NCBI GenBank assembly: GCA_964423505.1
Contig: CAYREX010000009.1
Location: 1-64,000, forward strand
DNA length: 64,000 bases
Reading direction: 5' to 3'
Source of the DNA: an uncultured bacterium
Lineage (GTDB): Bacteria > Fermentibacterota > Fermentibacteria > Fermentibacterales > JCC-6
Shown here: one piece after another, positions 50,203-60,005 of the stretch
Position numbering within the stretch: the first letter of the stretch is position 1
Layout of the letters: each line of letters starts with the position of its first letter
Program-made: the position numbers and the translations under genes
The notes under the pieces: model-generated
What the model was told of the DNA's origin: nothing
Database searches by the model: none
Seen by the model: only the letters and a program-made list of their open reading frames with translations

Positions 50203-52008
50203 ATGAAGGTTACTGAAGGTACGGGCGTATACGACGAGAGCAAGGTCAAGACCCTCTCCTCGATAGAGCACATAAGGCTCAGGACGGGGATGTACATCGG
50301 AAGGATAGGGGACGGCTCCAATCCGGACGACGGCATCTACGTGCTCTTCAAGGAGATAATCGACAACTCCGTGGACGAGTACATCATGGGCCACGGCAGG
50401 AGGATAACCGTCAGGATAGACGACGGCACCGTCTCCGTCCGCGACAGGGGGCGGGGGATCCCCCTGGGGAAGCTCGTCGAGTGCGTATCGGAGATAAACA
50501 CCGGCGCCAAGTACAACACCGACGTGTTCATATTCAGCGTCGGCCTTAACGGTATCGGGACCAAGGCGGTCAACGCTCTCTCCGAGCGCTTCCGGGTGGT
50601 CACCTACCGCGACGGCAGGTACCGGGAGGCGGAGTTCGAGAGGGGGGAGCTGGTCGGGGACGAGGAGGGTGAGACCTCCGAGCGGAACGGGACCCTCGTC
50701 GAGTTCACCCCCGACCCGGAGGTCTTCGGCGACTACGCCTACCGGGACGACTTCGTCGAGAGCAGGGTCAGGTACTACTCCTACCTGAACGCCGGCCTGA
50801 AGATAACCCTCAACGGCACCACCTACTGCTCGGAGGGCGGTCTGCTGGACCTCCTCTACGACGAGGCCGGGGAATCGTCGGTCTACCCGGTGCTCCACTA
50901 CCGGGACAAGACCCTCGAGTTCGCCCTCACCCACACAACCGACTACGGCGAGCGCTACCTCTCCTTCGCCAACGGCCAGCACACCTCGGGCGGCGGGACC
51001 CATCTCTCCGCCTTCAAGGAGGGGATACTTCGGGCCGTGAACTCCTTCACCGGGGAGAGCTTCTCCGGGGCGGACGCGAGGGAGGGCATAATAGCCGCCG
51101 TCTCCGTCCGGCTCACCGAGCCCATATTCGAGTCCCAGACCAAGACGAGGCTCGGCAACAGCGACATCAAGGGCTGGGTAGTGGGCACCGTCGCCCAGGA
51201 GCTGGAGCAGCAGCTCCACAGGAACCCGGAGACAGCCGAGAGCCTGGTGGCGAAGGTCAAGGCGAACCACAGGCTCCGGACCGAGATGCGCAACGTGAAG
51301 AAGAAGGCTCGCGAGCGCGCCAGGAAGGTGGCCCTGCGCGTCCCGAACCTGCGTGACTGCAAGATACATCTCGGCGACAGCGACCCCAGGGCGGACGAGA
51401 GCACCATCTTCCTCACCGAGGGGGCCAGCGCCGCCGGCAGCCTGATAGCCAGCAGGGACGTGCACACCCAGGCGGTCTTCGCGCTGCGGGGCAAGCCGCT
51501 GAACTGCTTCGGGCACCGGCGCGACACCGTCTACAAGAACGAGGAGATCTACAACATAATGCGGGCCCTCGACATAGAGGGAGAGATAGAGAACCTCCGC
51601 TACAACCGCATCGTGCTCGCCACGGACGCGGACGTCGACGGCATGCACATACGCAACCTCCTCCTGACTCTGTTCCTCCACTTCTTCGAGGCGCTGGTCC
51701 TCGACGGCCACCTCTACATCCTGGAGACCCCCCTCTTCAGGGTCAGGGACAGGAAGAGGACGGTCTACTGCTACACCGAGGCGGAGAGGCTTGAGGCGCT
51801 CGAAGAGATAGGCAGGAGCGCCGAGATAACCAGGTTCAAGGGGCTGGGCGAGATATCGCCGGGCGAGTTCGGGCAGTTCATAGGCGAGGACATCAGGCTC
51901 ATCCCCGTCCGCATCGACAGGCTGCGTGAGATACCGGGGCTGCTGGAGTTCTACATGGGCCGGAACACCCCCGAGCGCAGGAGCTTCATCATGGAGAACC
52001 TGGTGTGA
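50203..52008 (+). CDS. parE: Type IIA topoisomerase B subunit, short ParE-like form (topoisomerase IV subunit B)
   Basis: GHKL ATPase motifs (EIIDNSVDE, GLNGIGTKAVNALS), TOPRIM (LTEGASAAGS, DADVDGMHI); 601 aa. Confidence 0.8.
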   Translation: MKVTEGTGVYDESKVKTLSSIEHIRLRTGMYIGRIGDGSNPDDGIYVLFKEIIDNSVDEYIMGHGRRITVRIDDGTVSVRDRGRGIPLGKLVECVSEINTGAKYNTDVFIFSVGLNGIGTKAVNALSERFRVVTYRDGRYREAEFERGELVGDEEGETSERNGTLVEFTPDPEVFGDYAYRDDFVESRVRYYSYLNAGLKITLNGTTYCSEGGLLDLLYDEAGESSVYPVLHYRDKTLEFALTHTTDYGERYLSFANGQHTSGGGTHLSAFKEGILRAVNSFTGESFSGADAREGIIAAVSVRLTEPIFESQTKTRLGNSDIKGWVVGTVAQELEQQLHRNPETAESLVAKVKANHRLRTEMRNVKKKARERARKVALRVPNLRDCKIHLGDSDPRADESTIFLTEGASAAGSLIASRDVHTQAVFALRGKPLNCFGHRRDTVYKNEEIYNIMRALDIEGEIENLRYNRIVLATDADVDGMHIRNLLLTLFLHFFEALVLDGHLYILETPLFRVRDRKRTVYCYTEAERLEALEEIGRSAEITRFKGLGEISPGEFGQFIGEDIRLIPVRIDRLREIPGLLEFYMGRNTPERRSFIMENLV

Positions 52009-54218
52009 GCGCCGGAAGGACCAGCGGCCTGAAGGACCTGTACAGGAAGAACTTCCTGGAGTACGCCTCCTACGTCATCAAGGAGAGGGCCATACCGGAC
52101 GAGGCGGACGGACTGAAGCCGGTGCAGCGCCGCATCCTCTGGACGATGCGGGAGATGGACGACGGACGCTTCAGCAAGGTGGCCAACGTCATAGGCCACT
52201 GCATGCGCTACCACCCTCACGGCGACCAGTCCATAGGGGCGGCCCTGGTGGCGCTGGCCAACAGGGGATACTTCATCGAGCGGCAGGGCAACTTCGGGAA
52301 CGTCCTCACCGGGGACGAGGCATCCGCTCCGAGGTACATCGAGTGCAGGCTGACGGAGCTGGCCCGGGAGACCCTCTTCAACAAGCGGATAACCGACTTC
52401 GTGCCCAGCTACGACGGCAGGAACGAGGAGCCGGTGGTCCTACCGGCGAAGCTGCCGACCCTGCTGCTCCTCGGCGCCGAGGGAATAGCGGTGGGCATGT
52501 CCACCAGGATCTTCCCCCACAACTTCCGCGAGGTGCTCATGGCTCAGGTGGCCTGCCTCAGGGGAGAGGGCTTCCGGCTTCTGCCGGACTTCCCGCAGGG
52601 GGGGCTGATGGACGCCTCCGACTACGAGGACGGCAGGGGCAGGATAAGGTGCAGGGCCAGGATAGAGGCGAAGGGCAAGAACCTGGTGATCCGGGAGCTG
52701 CCCTGGGGCACCACCACCGAGTCCCTCATAGCGTCCATCGAGGCGGCCGCCCGAAAGGGCAGGATAAAGATCGCATCCATAGACGACTTCACCACGGATA
52801 CCGTGGAGATAAACGTGCGGCTCGGGAGGGGCGTAGACACCGATGAGGGCCTTCAGCGGCTCTACGCGCACACCGACTGCGAGACCACCCACACCTCGAA
52901 CCTGGTGATCATCGAGGAGGGCTCCCCGGTGGAGGCCACCGTGAGCGACGTGATGAGCTACTGCTGCGGCAGGCTCATAGAGATACTCAAGCTGGAGCTG
53001 AAGCTGGAGATGGGCGACCTCGAGGACAGGCTGCACAGGCTCACCCTCGAGCGGATATTCATAGAGAACCGGCTCTACAGGCACATAGAGGAGGAGGAGA
53101 CCCTCGATGGCGTGAGGAGCGCCGTCCTGGACGGCCTCCGACCCTACACCGAGGAGGAGGGCCTCCAGGTCACGGAGGAGGACGTGGAGAGACTCCTCAA
53201 GCTGCACATCCGGCGCATCTCCCGCTACGACATCGAGGCCAACCTGAGCGAGGTCGGCCAGATACGCGCCAGGATGAAGGAGGTCAGGTCGCACCTCAGG
53301 AGGATAGTGGAATACGCCGTCGCCTGGGTGGAGGACATCCTGGAGCGCTACGGGGCCGAGCACCACCGGCGAACCACGGTGGAGAGCTTCACCGAGATAG
53401 ACGTCAAGGAGATATCCATACGCAACATGAAGGCCGGCTTCGACCCGGAGACAGGCCTGCTGGGAACCTCCGTGAAGGGTCCCAGGACCTTCACCGTCTC
53501 CGAGTACGACCGCTTCGTGGTCTTCCTGGCCGACGGGACCTTCAGGGTGGTCCCCATGCAGGAGAAGTACTTCGTGGACGGCAGATGCCTGCACTGCGGC
53601 CTGCTGGACCAGGAGCAGGTCTTCACCGCCGTCTACAGACGGGGTGAGGACGGCATCTCCTACATAAAGCGCTTCCGGATAGAGAGCTTCATACTGGACA
53701 AGTCCTACGAGTACGTCCCGCGGGGCTCGGAGGTGCTGCTGCTCACCGGCGAGCCGGAGATGAAGCTGGACTACTGGTTCGTGAGGACGAAGGGCATGCG
53801 CAGGCGCAAGGGCGACTGCCTCGTCTCCTCGGTCAGGGTGACCAACTACAGCGCCAAGGGCGTCCAGCTGTGCGGCCGAAAGGTGGTCTCCAGCCTGAAG
53901 GCCACGCCGGTCGACGATGAGGAGCCAGAGGGCGAGGGTGAGGAAGAGGAAGACGAAGAGGCTGTCGGTCCGGATGCCGGAGGCGAGCCGCAGGGGGAGG
54001 CCCCGGGAGGAGACGGCGGGGCGGAGGCCCCCGACGCGGACGCGCGGGACGAAGGAGGCGACGACGACGGAGGAGAGGGTGGGGAAGGGGAGGCCCTGAC
54101 CCCCGACGAGGTGATAGAGAGGGCAGAGAGCCTCCGCCGCAGGAGCTCCGAGGTCGTCCGGCAGGCCGAGTCCCCCGAGGGGGACGACGATGATCTCTTC
54201 TCGGGCGTGACCGATTGA
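52005..54218 (+). CDS. parC: Type IIA topoisomerase A subunit (ParC-like) with acidic disordered C-terminal tail
   Basis: DGLKPVQRRIL, active-site Tyr region SAPRYIECRL; the last ~90 aa are Asp/Glu/Gly-rich low complexity. Confidence 0.8.
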   Translation: MSAGRTSGLKDLYRKNFLEYASYVIKERAIPDEADGLKPVQRRILWTMREMDDGRFSKVANVIGHCMRYHPHGDQSIGAALVALANRGYFIERQGNFGNVLTGDEASAPRYIECRLTELARETLFNKRITDFVPSYDGRNEEPVVLPAKLPTLLLLGAEGIAVGMSTRIFPHNFREVLMAQVACLRGEGFRLLPDFPQGGLMDASDYEDGRGRIRCRARIEAKGKNLVIRELPWGTTTESLIASIEAAARKGRIKIASIDDFTTDTVEINVRLGRGVDTDEGLQRLYAHTDCETTHTSNLVIIEEGSPVEATVSDVMSYCCGRLIEILKLELKLEMGDLEDRLHRLTLERIFIENRLYRHIEEEETLDGVRSAVLDGLRPYTEEEGLQVTEEDVERLLKLHIRRISRYDIEANLSEVGQIRARMKEVRSHLRRIVEYAVAWVEDILERYGAEHHRRTTVESFTEIDVKEISIRNMKAGFDPETGLLGTSVKGPRTFTVSEYDRFVVFLADGTFRVVPMQEKYFVDGRCLHCGLLDQEQVFTAVYRRGEDGISYIKRFRIESFILDKSYEYVPRGSEVLLLTGEPEMKLDYWFVRTKGMRRRKGDCLVSSVRVTNYSAKGVQLCGRKVVSSLKATPVDDEEPEGEGEEEEDEEAVGPDAGGEPQGEAPGGDGGAEAPDADARDEGGDDDGGEGGEGEALTPDEVIERAESLRRRSSEVVRQAESPEGDDDDLFSGVTD

Positions 54219-54285
54219 ATGCAGACATGTCGAGGCTCACCCGGAAGGGTGACGTCCTCCGACCCGCCGCATCCTCGGAAGGGGA

Positions 54286-57093
54286 GTGATCCCGATAGAG
54301 CACCTCTCGGACATCGATGCATCGCGCTTCCACGCCCTGACCGCCAGGGAGGCGCTGGAGAGGCTGGAGACCGGCCTCGAGGGCCTGGGCCGCAGGGAGG
54401 CCGACCGAAGACGCGCCGAGTACGGCGAGAACCAGATAGCGGTGGCCGGCGGCGTACCCAGGTGGCTGATCTTCCTCTCCCAGTTCCGGGACCTGCTGGT
54501 ACTGGTCCTCATCGCGGCGGCCATAGTCTCCTTCCTGGTGGGCAGCTGGAGGGACGGCTCGGTGATGCTGGCCATCGTCATCATCAACGCCGTCATCGGC
54601 TTCGTACAGGAGTACAAGGCCGGCAAGGTCATAGAGAGGCTCCGCGACCTGATACGCTCCCCTGCGAAGGTCTTCGTCGAGGGGGAGCTCGTGGAGCTGC
54701 CCCAGTCAATGCTCGTACCCGGGGACGTGGTCGAGGTGGAGGCCGGGGACAGGATCCCCGCCGACATCCGCCTGCTGGAGAGCTTCGACCTCCGGACGGT
54801 CGAGTTCTCCCTGACCGGGGAGTCGCTGCCCCAGGAGAAGAACACCAACAGGCTCCCGGAGGACGTCCTGCTCGGCGACATGGAGAACATGGCCTTCATG
54901 GGCACCACCGTGGCCACCGGCTCGGCGAGGGGCCTGGTGGTCCGTACCGGCATGGCCACCGAGATGGGGCGCATAGCCGGGATGACCCGGGAGACCGAGA
55001 CCGTCCGCTCCCCGCTGCAGAAGGAGCTGGCCACCCTCGCCAAGTGGCTCACGTCCATAGTGGTCGTGATAAGCGCGCTGCTCTTCGTCGTGGCCATGGT
55101 CCAGGACTTCGGCTTCTTCACCAGCATGGTCCTCGCGCTGGGCGTGGCGGTCGCGGCGGTGCCCCAGGCGCTGCCCGCGCAGGTTACCGTGGCGCTCGCC
55201 TCCGCCAGCAGGAGGCTCGCCTCCAGGAGGGCGGTGGTGAAGAGCCTTCCCTCCGTGGAGACGCTGGGCTCCACCACCGTGATATGCACCGACAAGACCG
55301 GCACCCTGACGAAGAACGAGATGACCGCCACGACCCTCTGGTTCGACGGGGAGGAGTACTCCGTCACCGGGACCGGGTACGTCCCGGAGGGCGGTATAGA
55401 GAGGGTGGGGAGCGGGCCCTGCTCCCAGGAGGACATCGACAGGCTGGAGATAATGCTGGACGCCGGCACCATGGCCTCCAATGCGGAGATACACGAGCCT
55501 GACGGGGACCACCCGGGCTGGTACCCGGTCGGCGACCCGACGGAGGCCGCCCTGGTCACCCTCTCCACCAAGCTCGGCACCAGGAGCCCCCGGGAGGACG
55601 AGGAGAACCCGGAGCTCCACGAGTTCCCGTTCGACTCCGAGAGGAAGAGGATGAGCTCGGTCAGGCGGTTCGGCGACCGCCTGCAGCTGGCCATGAAGGG
55701 CGCTACGGACAGCGTCCTCTCCGTCAGCAGGTACATCTACCGGGACGGCGAGGCGGTGCCCATCACCGATGAGGAGCGGGAGGAGATAAGGAAGCTGGCC
55801 GAGGCATACTCCGACCGCGCCCTCAGGGTCCTGGCCATCGCCTTCAGGCCGCTGGAGGAGACCGGCGAGGACTACGTGCTGGACGAGGTGGAGAAGGACG
55901 TCACCTTCCTCGGTCTGGTCGGGATGACCGACCCGCCGAAGGAGGGTGTCAGGGAGGCTGTGGCCGCCTGCCGGGAGGCCTCGGTGAGGATAGTCATCAT
56001 GACCGGCGACCATGCGGTCACCGCCAGGGCCGTGGGCAGGGAGATAGGGCTCTCCGAGGGGGGCGACCCGCCGGTCTACACGGGCAGGGACCTCGAGGCG
56101 ATGGACGACGGCGCCCTGCGTGATGTCCTCCTGGACACCGAGGGCTCGGTGATATTCTCCAGGGTAGCCCCCGAGCACAAGCTGAGGATAGTCGGGGTAC
56201 TGGAGGGGGAGGGGGAGGTCGTGGCCGTCACGGGTGACGGCGTGAACGACGCTCCCGCCCTGAAGCACGCCGACATAGGCGTGGCCATGGGCAGGACCGG
56301 CACGGACGTGGCCAAGGAGGCGGCGGAGCTCGTCCTCCTCGACGACAGCTTCCCCACGCTCGTGGCCGCGGTCAGGGAGGGCAGGACCATCTACGACAAC
56401 CTCAGGAAGACTGTCCTGGCCTCGATGACCACCAACGGCGCCGAGCTGGCGGTGGTCCTGCTGGGCATGGTGGCCGTGGCCATGGGAGACTGGGCCATAC
56501 CCATACTGGCCATACAGATACTGGCCATCGACCTCCTGGCGGAGGTGATGCCCCTCACCTGCCTGACCTACGACCCGCCGCCTCCCGGGGTGATGAGCAG
56601 GAGGCCGAGGAAGCTCACCGACCACATCATGAACCCCTCCAGCGCCCTGGAGGTGGCGCTCCTCGGCCTGCTGATAGGCGTTCTCTCCTTCGGGAACTTC
56701 TGGCTCTACTCGGTGAGGGAGGGTGTCGCCCTCAGCCAGTTCTTCGTGGAGAGCAACCCGGAGAGCATCCACTACGCCAGGGCGACGACGCTGGCCTACA
56801 TGACCATAGCCTTCTGCCAGTTCGCCAACGTCCTGTCGAGGAGGTTCAGGCTGCGGTCGATATTCGGCGGGGGATTCCTGACGAACAGGATCCTACTGCT
56901 CTCGATAGTCGGCTCCATAGCGCTCATATGCATCGCCGTGTACGTCCCCTTCGTACGGAGCTTCCTCCGCTTCGGTCCGCCGAGGCCGGTGGACTGGCTC
57001 TGCGTCCTCGGGGCGGCGTCGGTCTACCTGGGCGCCTTCGAGGTCATGAAGGCTCTGAGGAGGAGGGCCGCAGGGGGAGTGGTACCCGCATGA
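54286..57093 (+). CDS. P-type cation-transporting ATPase (type IIA/III, Ca2+/Mg2+-like)
   Basis: ICTDKTGTLT phosphorylation motif, TGES, MTGDH, VTGDGVNDAPAL hinge; 935 aa. Confidence 0.9.
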   Translation: MIPIEHLSDIDASRFHALTAREALERLETGLEGLGRREADRRRAEYGENQIAVAGGVPRWLIFLSQFRDLLVLVLIAAAIVSFLVGSWRDGSVMLAIVIINAVIGFVQEYKAGKVIERLRDLIRSPAKVFVEGELVELPQSMLVPGDVVEVEAGDRIPADIRLLESFDLRTVEFSLTGESLPQEKNTNRLPEDVLLGDMENMAFMGTTVATGSARGLVVRTGMATEMGRIAGMTRETETVRSPLQKELATLAKWLTSIVVVISALLFVVAMVQDFGFFTSMVLALGVAVAAVPQALPAQVTVALASASRRLASRRAVVKSLPSVETLGSTTVICTDKTGTLTKNEMTATTLWFDGEEYSVTGTGYVPEGGIERVGSGPCSQEDIDRLEIMLDAGTMASNAEIHEPDGDHPGWYPVGDPTEAALVTLSTKLGTRSPREDEENPELHEFPFDSERKRMSSVRRFGDRLQLAMKGATDSVLSVSRYIYRDGEAVPITDEEREEIRKLAEAYSDRALRVLAIAFRPLEETGEDYVLDEVEKDVTFLGLVGMTDPPKEGVREAVAACREASVRIVIMTGDHAVTARAVGREIGLSEGGDPPVYTGRDLEAMDDGALRDVLLDTEGSVIFSRVAPEHKLRIVGVLEGEGEVVAVTGDGVNDAPALKHADIGVAMGRTGTDVAKEAAELVLLDDSFPTLVAAVREGRTIYDNLRKTVLASMTTNGAELAVVLLGMVAVAMGDWAIPILAIQILAIDLLAEVMPLTCLTYDPPPPGVMSRRPRKLTDHIMNPSSALEVALLGLLIGVLSFGNFWLYSVREGVALSQFFVESNPESIHYARATTLAYMTIAFCQFANVLSRRFRLRSIFGGGFLTNRILLLSIVGSIALICIAVYVPFVRSFLRFGPPRPVDWLCVLGAASVYLGAFEVMKALRRRAAGGVVPA

Positions 57094-57103
57094 GGGAGGG
57101 AGG

Positions 57104-57316
57104 GTGCTCTTGAAGCTGCAGCACGTGCTCGCGCTTGTGATAACAATCCTGGTGGTCATAGTGATACTCCAGAACACCGAGGAGGTGACCACGAAGCTCC
57201 TCTTCGTCGAGGTCACCATGCCCCGCGCCTTCCTTCTCGCCGGCGCACTCGTCATAGGGTGCATAACCGGCTCGCTGATGCGCACGGCGAAGTGCTGGAG
57301 GAGGAAGCGGCCGTGA
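57104..57316 (+). CDS. Small membrane protein (DUF1049/LapA-like)
   Basis: 70 aa with two TM helices; coupled to the downstream gene. Confidence 0.4.
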   Translation: MLLKLQHVLALVITILVVIVILQNTEEVTTKLLFVEVTMPRAFLLAGALVIGCITGSLMRTAKCWRRKRP

Positions 57317-57921
57317 CCGTCCCGAAGGGTCTCGACCCGGACCATCCGGTGTCCGATGTCGTCTCCCGCAGGTGGAGCCCGTACTCCTTCTCCGGCAGGG
57401 ACGTCTCCCGGGAGGACCTCCTATCCCTCTTCGAGGCGGCCAGGCTGGCTCCCTCCGCCTTCAACGAGCAGCCCTGGAGATACATGGCCGCATGCAGGTC
57501 GGACGACCCGGAGGGCTTCGACCTCTTCCTGTCGCTGCTCATGGAGGGGAACAGGGAGTGGGCGCGGTTCGCTCCGGTGCTGGCCTTCGGCTTCGCCAGC
57601 GGCCTCTTCGACTACAACGGCAGGCCGAACCGCACCGCCCTGCACGACCTGGGGCTCGCCTCGGGAAACCTCCTGGCCGAGGCCACCGCCAGGGGCATCC
57701 GGGTGCACCAGATGTCCGGTATCAGGAGGAAGGCGATAGCGAGGGAGCTGCGGCTGCCGGAGCGGTTCGAGCCGGTCACCGGCATGGCCATCGGCTACGC
57801 GGGGGAGAACCCCGACCTGCCCGGCGAGCAGGCGGAGAAGGACCTCGAGCGCAGGCCCAGGAGACCTCTCTCCGGCACGCTCTTCGGGACCACCTGGGGG
57901 GAGCCCTTCCCCGGCGCCTGA
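57313..57921 (+). CDS. Nitroreductase family protein
   Basis: RRWSPYSF, EAARLAPSAFNEQPWRY motifs; GTG start overlaps the upstream stop. Confidence 0.7.
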   Translation: MTVPKGLDPDHPVSDVVSRRWSPYSFSGRDVSREDLLSLFEAARLAPSAFNEQPWRYMAACRSDDPEGFDLFLSLLMEGNREWARFAPVLAFGFASGLFDYNGRPNRTALHDLGLASGNLLAEATARGIRVHQMSGIRRKAIARELRLPERFEPVTGMAIGYAGENPDLPGEQAEKDLERRPRRPLSGTLFGTTWGEPFPGA

Positions 57922-57984
57922 CCGGCTAGCGGTACTCGGAGAGCAAGTCCTCGGCCGGCTCGGAGTACTCCCCGCCGATGGCTG

Positions 57985-58161
57985 CTATCTCCTCCTCGGC
58001 ATCCGCCGGCACCAGGCCTTCTCCTCCTCCATCTCCTCCATCAGGGCGGCGACCCGCTCCATGTCCTCGGGGGAGACCTCCAGGGCGTCGCAGACCATCC
58101 ACATCGACGCCACCACCGGCGCGTAGCAGCCGAAGGCCCGGCATGGGCTGTGCTCCATCAT
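57985..58161 (-). CDS. Possible small Cys-rich protein (58 aa) in the 375-bp gap downstream of purC
   Basis: Manual translation MMEHSPCRAFGCYAPVVASMWMVCDALEVSPEDMERVAALMEEMEEEKAWCRRMPRRR; protein-like composition; below the track's length cutoff. Confidence 0.2.
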   Translation of the reverse strand: MMEHSPCRAFGCYAPVVASMWMVCDALEVSPEDMERVAALMEEMEEEKAWCRRMPRRR

Positions 58162-58296
58162 CCCGAAGACCTCGTCCGACCCCTGACCGGAGAGGGCCCT
58201 TCAGTAGTCCGGATGGACTGCCCCGGAGCCCGACTTCAGAGCGAGGGTCAGTGCCGCCGCGGGGCACCGGCCTCTCGTGCCATGGCTCCCTTCGTA

Positions 58297-59301
58297 TCAG
58301 GGAAGCAGCGGCGCCAGGTTGCGCCGGAGCCTCTCCAGCTGGTCTCCGGTCTCCGGGTCCAGGGCGACGCCGGTGATCAGCTCGTACAACCTCAGGTAGC
58401 GGCTGGAGAGCTCGACGACCAGGTCGGCCGGCGCCTCCGGCAGCTCCCCGTCGGAGTAGGGGTCGCAGTTCTCCCTGAACCAGAGCCTGAGGAACTCCTT
58501 GTCTATGTTCTCCGGCTCCTCGCCGGCATCCATGCGCTCCTCGTAGGACTCGGCCAGCCAGTAGCGGGAGGAGTCCGGGGTGTGTATCTCGTCTATCAGC
58601 ATGAGACCGCCGTCGGCGGTCCTGCCCAGCTCGTACTTCGTATCCACGAGTATCAGCCCGTTCGCCTCCGCCGTCTCCCGGCCCCGGCGGAAGAGCGCGA
58701 GGACTATTTCGGCGGCCCGCTCCCATTCGTCAGCGGTTATGAGGCCCAGCTCCACCGCCTCGCCGGGGGTCACCGGCCTGTCGTGCACGTCGCTCTTCGT
58801 CGTGGGGGTGATTATCGGCTCGGGGAAGGGCTGGTTCTTCACCATGCCGTCGGGCAGGACGTTGCCGCAGATGTTCCTCTCTCCCTCGGCGTAGAGCGTC
58901 CAGGCGGAGGTGCTGGTGCTGCCGGTCAGGTAGCCCCGGACCACCATCTCCACCGGGACCACCTCGCACTTCCTGGCCAGGGTCGCGCAGGGGTCCGGTA
59001 CGGAGAGCACGTGGTTCGGCACGATGTCTTCGGTCCGCTCGAACCACCAGGCGCTGACCATGTTCAGCACCTGTCCCTTGAACGGTACGGAGGCGAGCAC
59101 GCGGTCGAAGGCGCTCTGCCTGTCAGTGGTCACCAGCAGAAGCCTCTCCCCGAGGTCGTAGGTGTCCCGCACCTTGCCGCGCCTCCCGCCTGGCAGGCCC
59201 AGCCCGGAGGTGTCCGTGAGGCAGCTGTCCAGGTTGGCCCTTATCGTCTTCCTGTCGACCAAGTCGCTCTCCCCTCGCTGGTTGCGGCATTCTGAGCCCA
59301 C
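58297..59301 (-). CDS. purC: Phosphoribosylaminoimidazole-succinocarboxamide synthase (SAICAR synthetase)
   Basis: GKVRDTYDL, LILVDTKYE, EFLRLWF motifs. Start is ambiguous: GTG at 59301 or TTG at 59265. Confidence 0.8.
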   Translation of the reverse strand: MGSECRNQRGESDLVDRKTIRANLDSCLTDTSGLGLPGGRRGKVRDTYDLGERLLLVTTDRQSAFDRVLASVPFKGQVLNMVSAWWFERTEDIVPNHVLSVPDPCATLARKCEVVPVEMVVRGYLTGSTSTSAWTLYAEGERNICGNVLPDGMVKNQPFPEPIITPTTKSDVHDRPVTPGEAVELGLITADEWERAAEIVLALFRRGRETAEANGLILVDTKYELGRTADGGLMLIDEIHTPDSSRYWLAESYEERMDAGEEPENIDKEFLRLWFRENCDPYSDGELPEAPADLVVELSSRYLRLYELITGVALDPETGDQLERLRRNLAPLLP

Positions 59302-59375
59302 CGTTTGCTTCCGGTAGTATGATAGCGCAGTCGACCAGCGCAGAGTACCCGGAAAAGGAAGCAGATTGGAGAGCG

Positions 59376-59999
59376 ATGTCCGAAGAGGTCACCAGAAGCG
59401 ACAACGTAACCTGGCACGAGCACCGGATAGACAGGCGGGCTCGGGAGGAGATGCTCGGCCACCGGGGCGCAACCGTCTGGATGACCGGGCTGTCCGGCTC
59501 CGGCAAGTCGACCGTGGCCGACGCCCTGGCCGCCATGCTACACGACAGGGGGGTGCTCACCGCCATCCTCGACGGCGACAACATCCGGCACGGGCTGAAC
59601 GGCGACCTGGGCTTCTCTCCGGAGGACCGCGCCGAGAACATCCGCAGGATAGGTGAGGTGGCGAAGCTCTTCACCTCCTTCGGCGTCGTGAACATCCTAG
59701 CCTTCATAAGTCCCTACCGGGAGGGCAGGGACCGGGCCAGGGCCATCCAGGAGGATGGCGACTTTATCGAGGTGTTCGTGGAGGCGCCGCTGGACGTGGC
59801 CGAGGAGAGGGACCCGAAGGGCCTCTACAGGAAGGCCCGCAGCGGCGAGATACCCTCATTCACCGGCATCTCGGCACCCTACGAGGAGCCGGAGAGCCCG
59901 GAGCTGGTCCTGCATACCGCGGACACCACCCCGGAGCAGTGCGCGGCGCAGGTGCTCGACCTCCTGGTCGAGAGGGGAGCAGTCCCCGGGGACGACTGA
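59376..59999 (+). CDS. cysC: Adenylyl-sulfate kinase
   Basis: VTWHEH...GHRGATVWMTGLSGSGKST P-loop, ILDGDNIRHGLN, FISPYREGR motifs; RBS GGAGAG before ATG 59376. Confidence 0.85.
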   Translation: MSEEVTRSDNVTWHEHRIDRRAREEMLGHRGATVWMTGLSGSGKSTVADALAAMLHDRGVLTAILDGDNIRHGLNGDLGFSPEDRAENIRRIGEVAKLFTSFGVVNILAFISPYREGRDRARAIQEDGDFIEVFVEAPLDVAEERDPKGLYRKARSGEIPSFTGISAPYEEPESPELVLHTADTTPEQCAAQVLDLLVERGAVPGDD

Positions 60000-60005
60000 C
60001 GCACC

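Noticed and set aside
57926-58726. 266-aa minus-strand ORF downstream of the nitroreductase gene
   Set aside because: Gly/Arg-rich low-complexity translation that overlaps purC out of frame. Only the small ORF in a different frame (57985..58161) looks protein-like.
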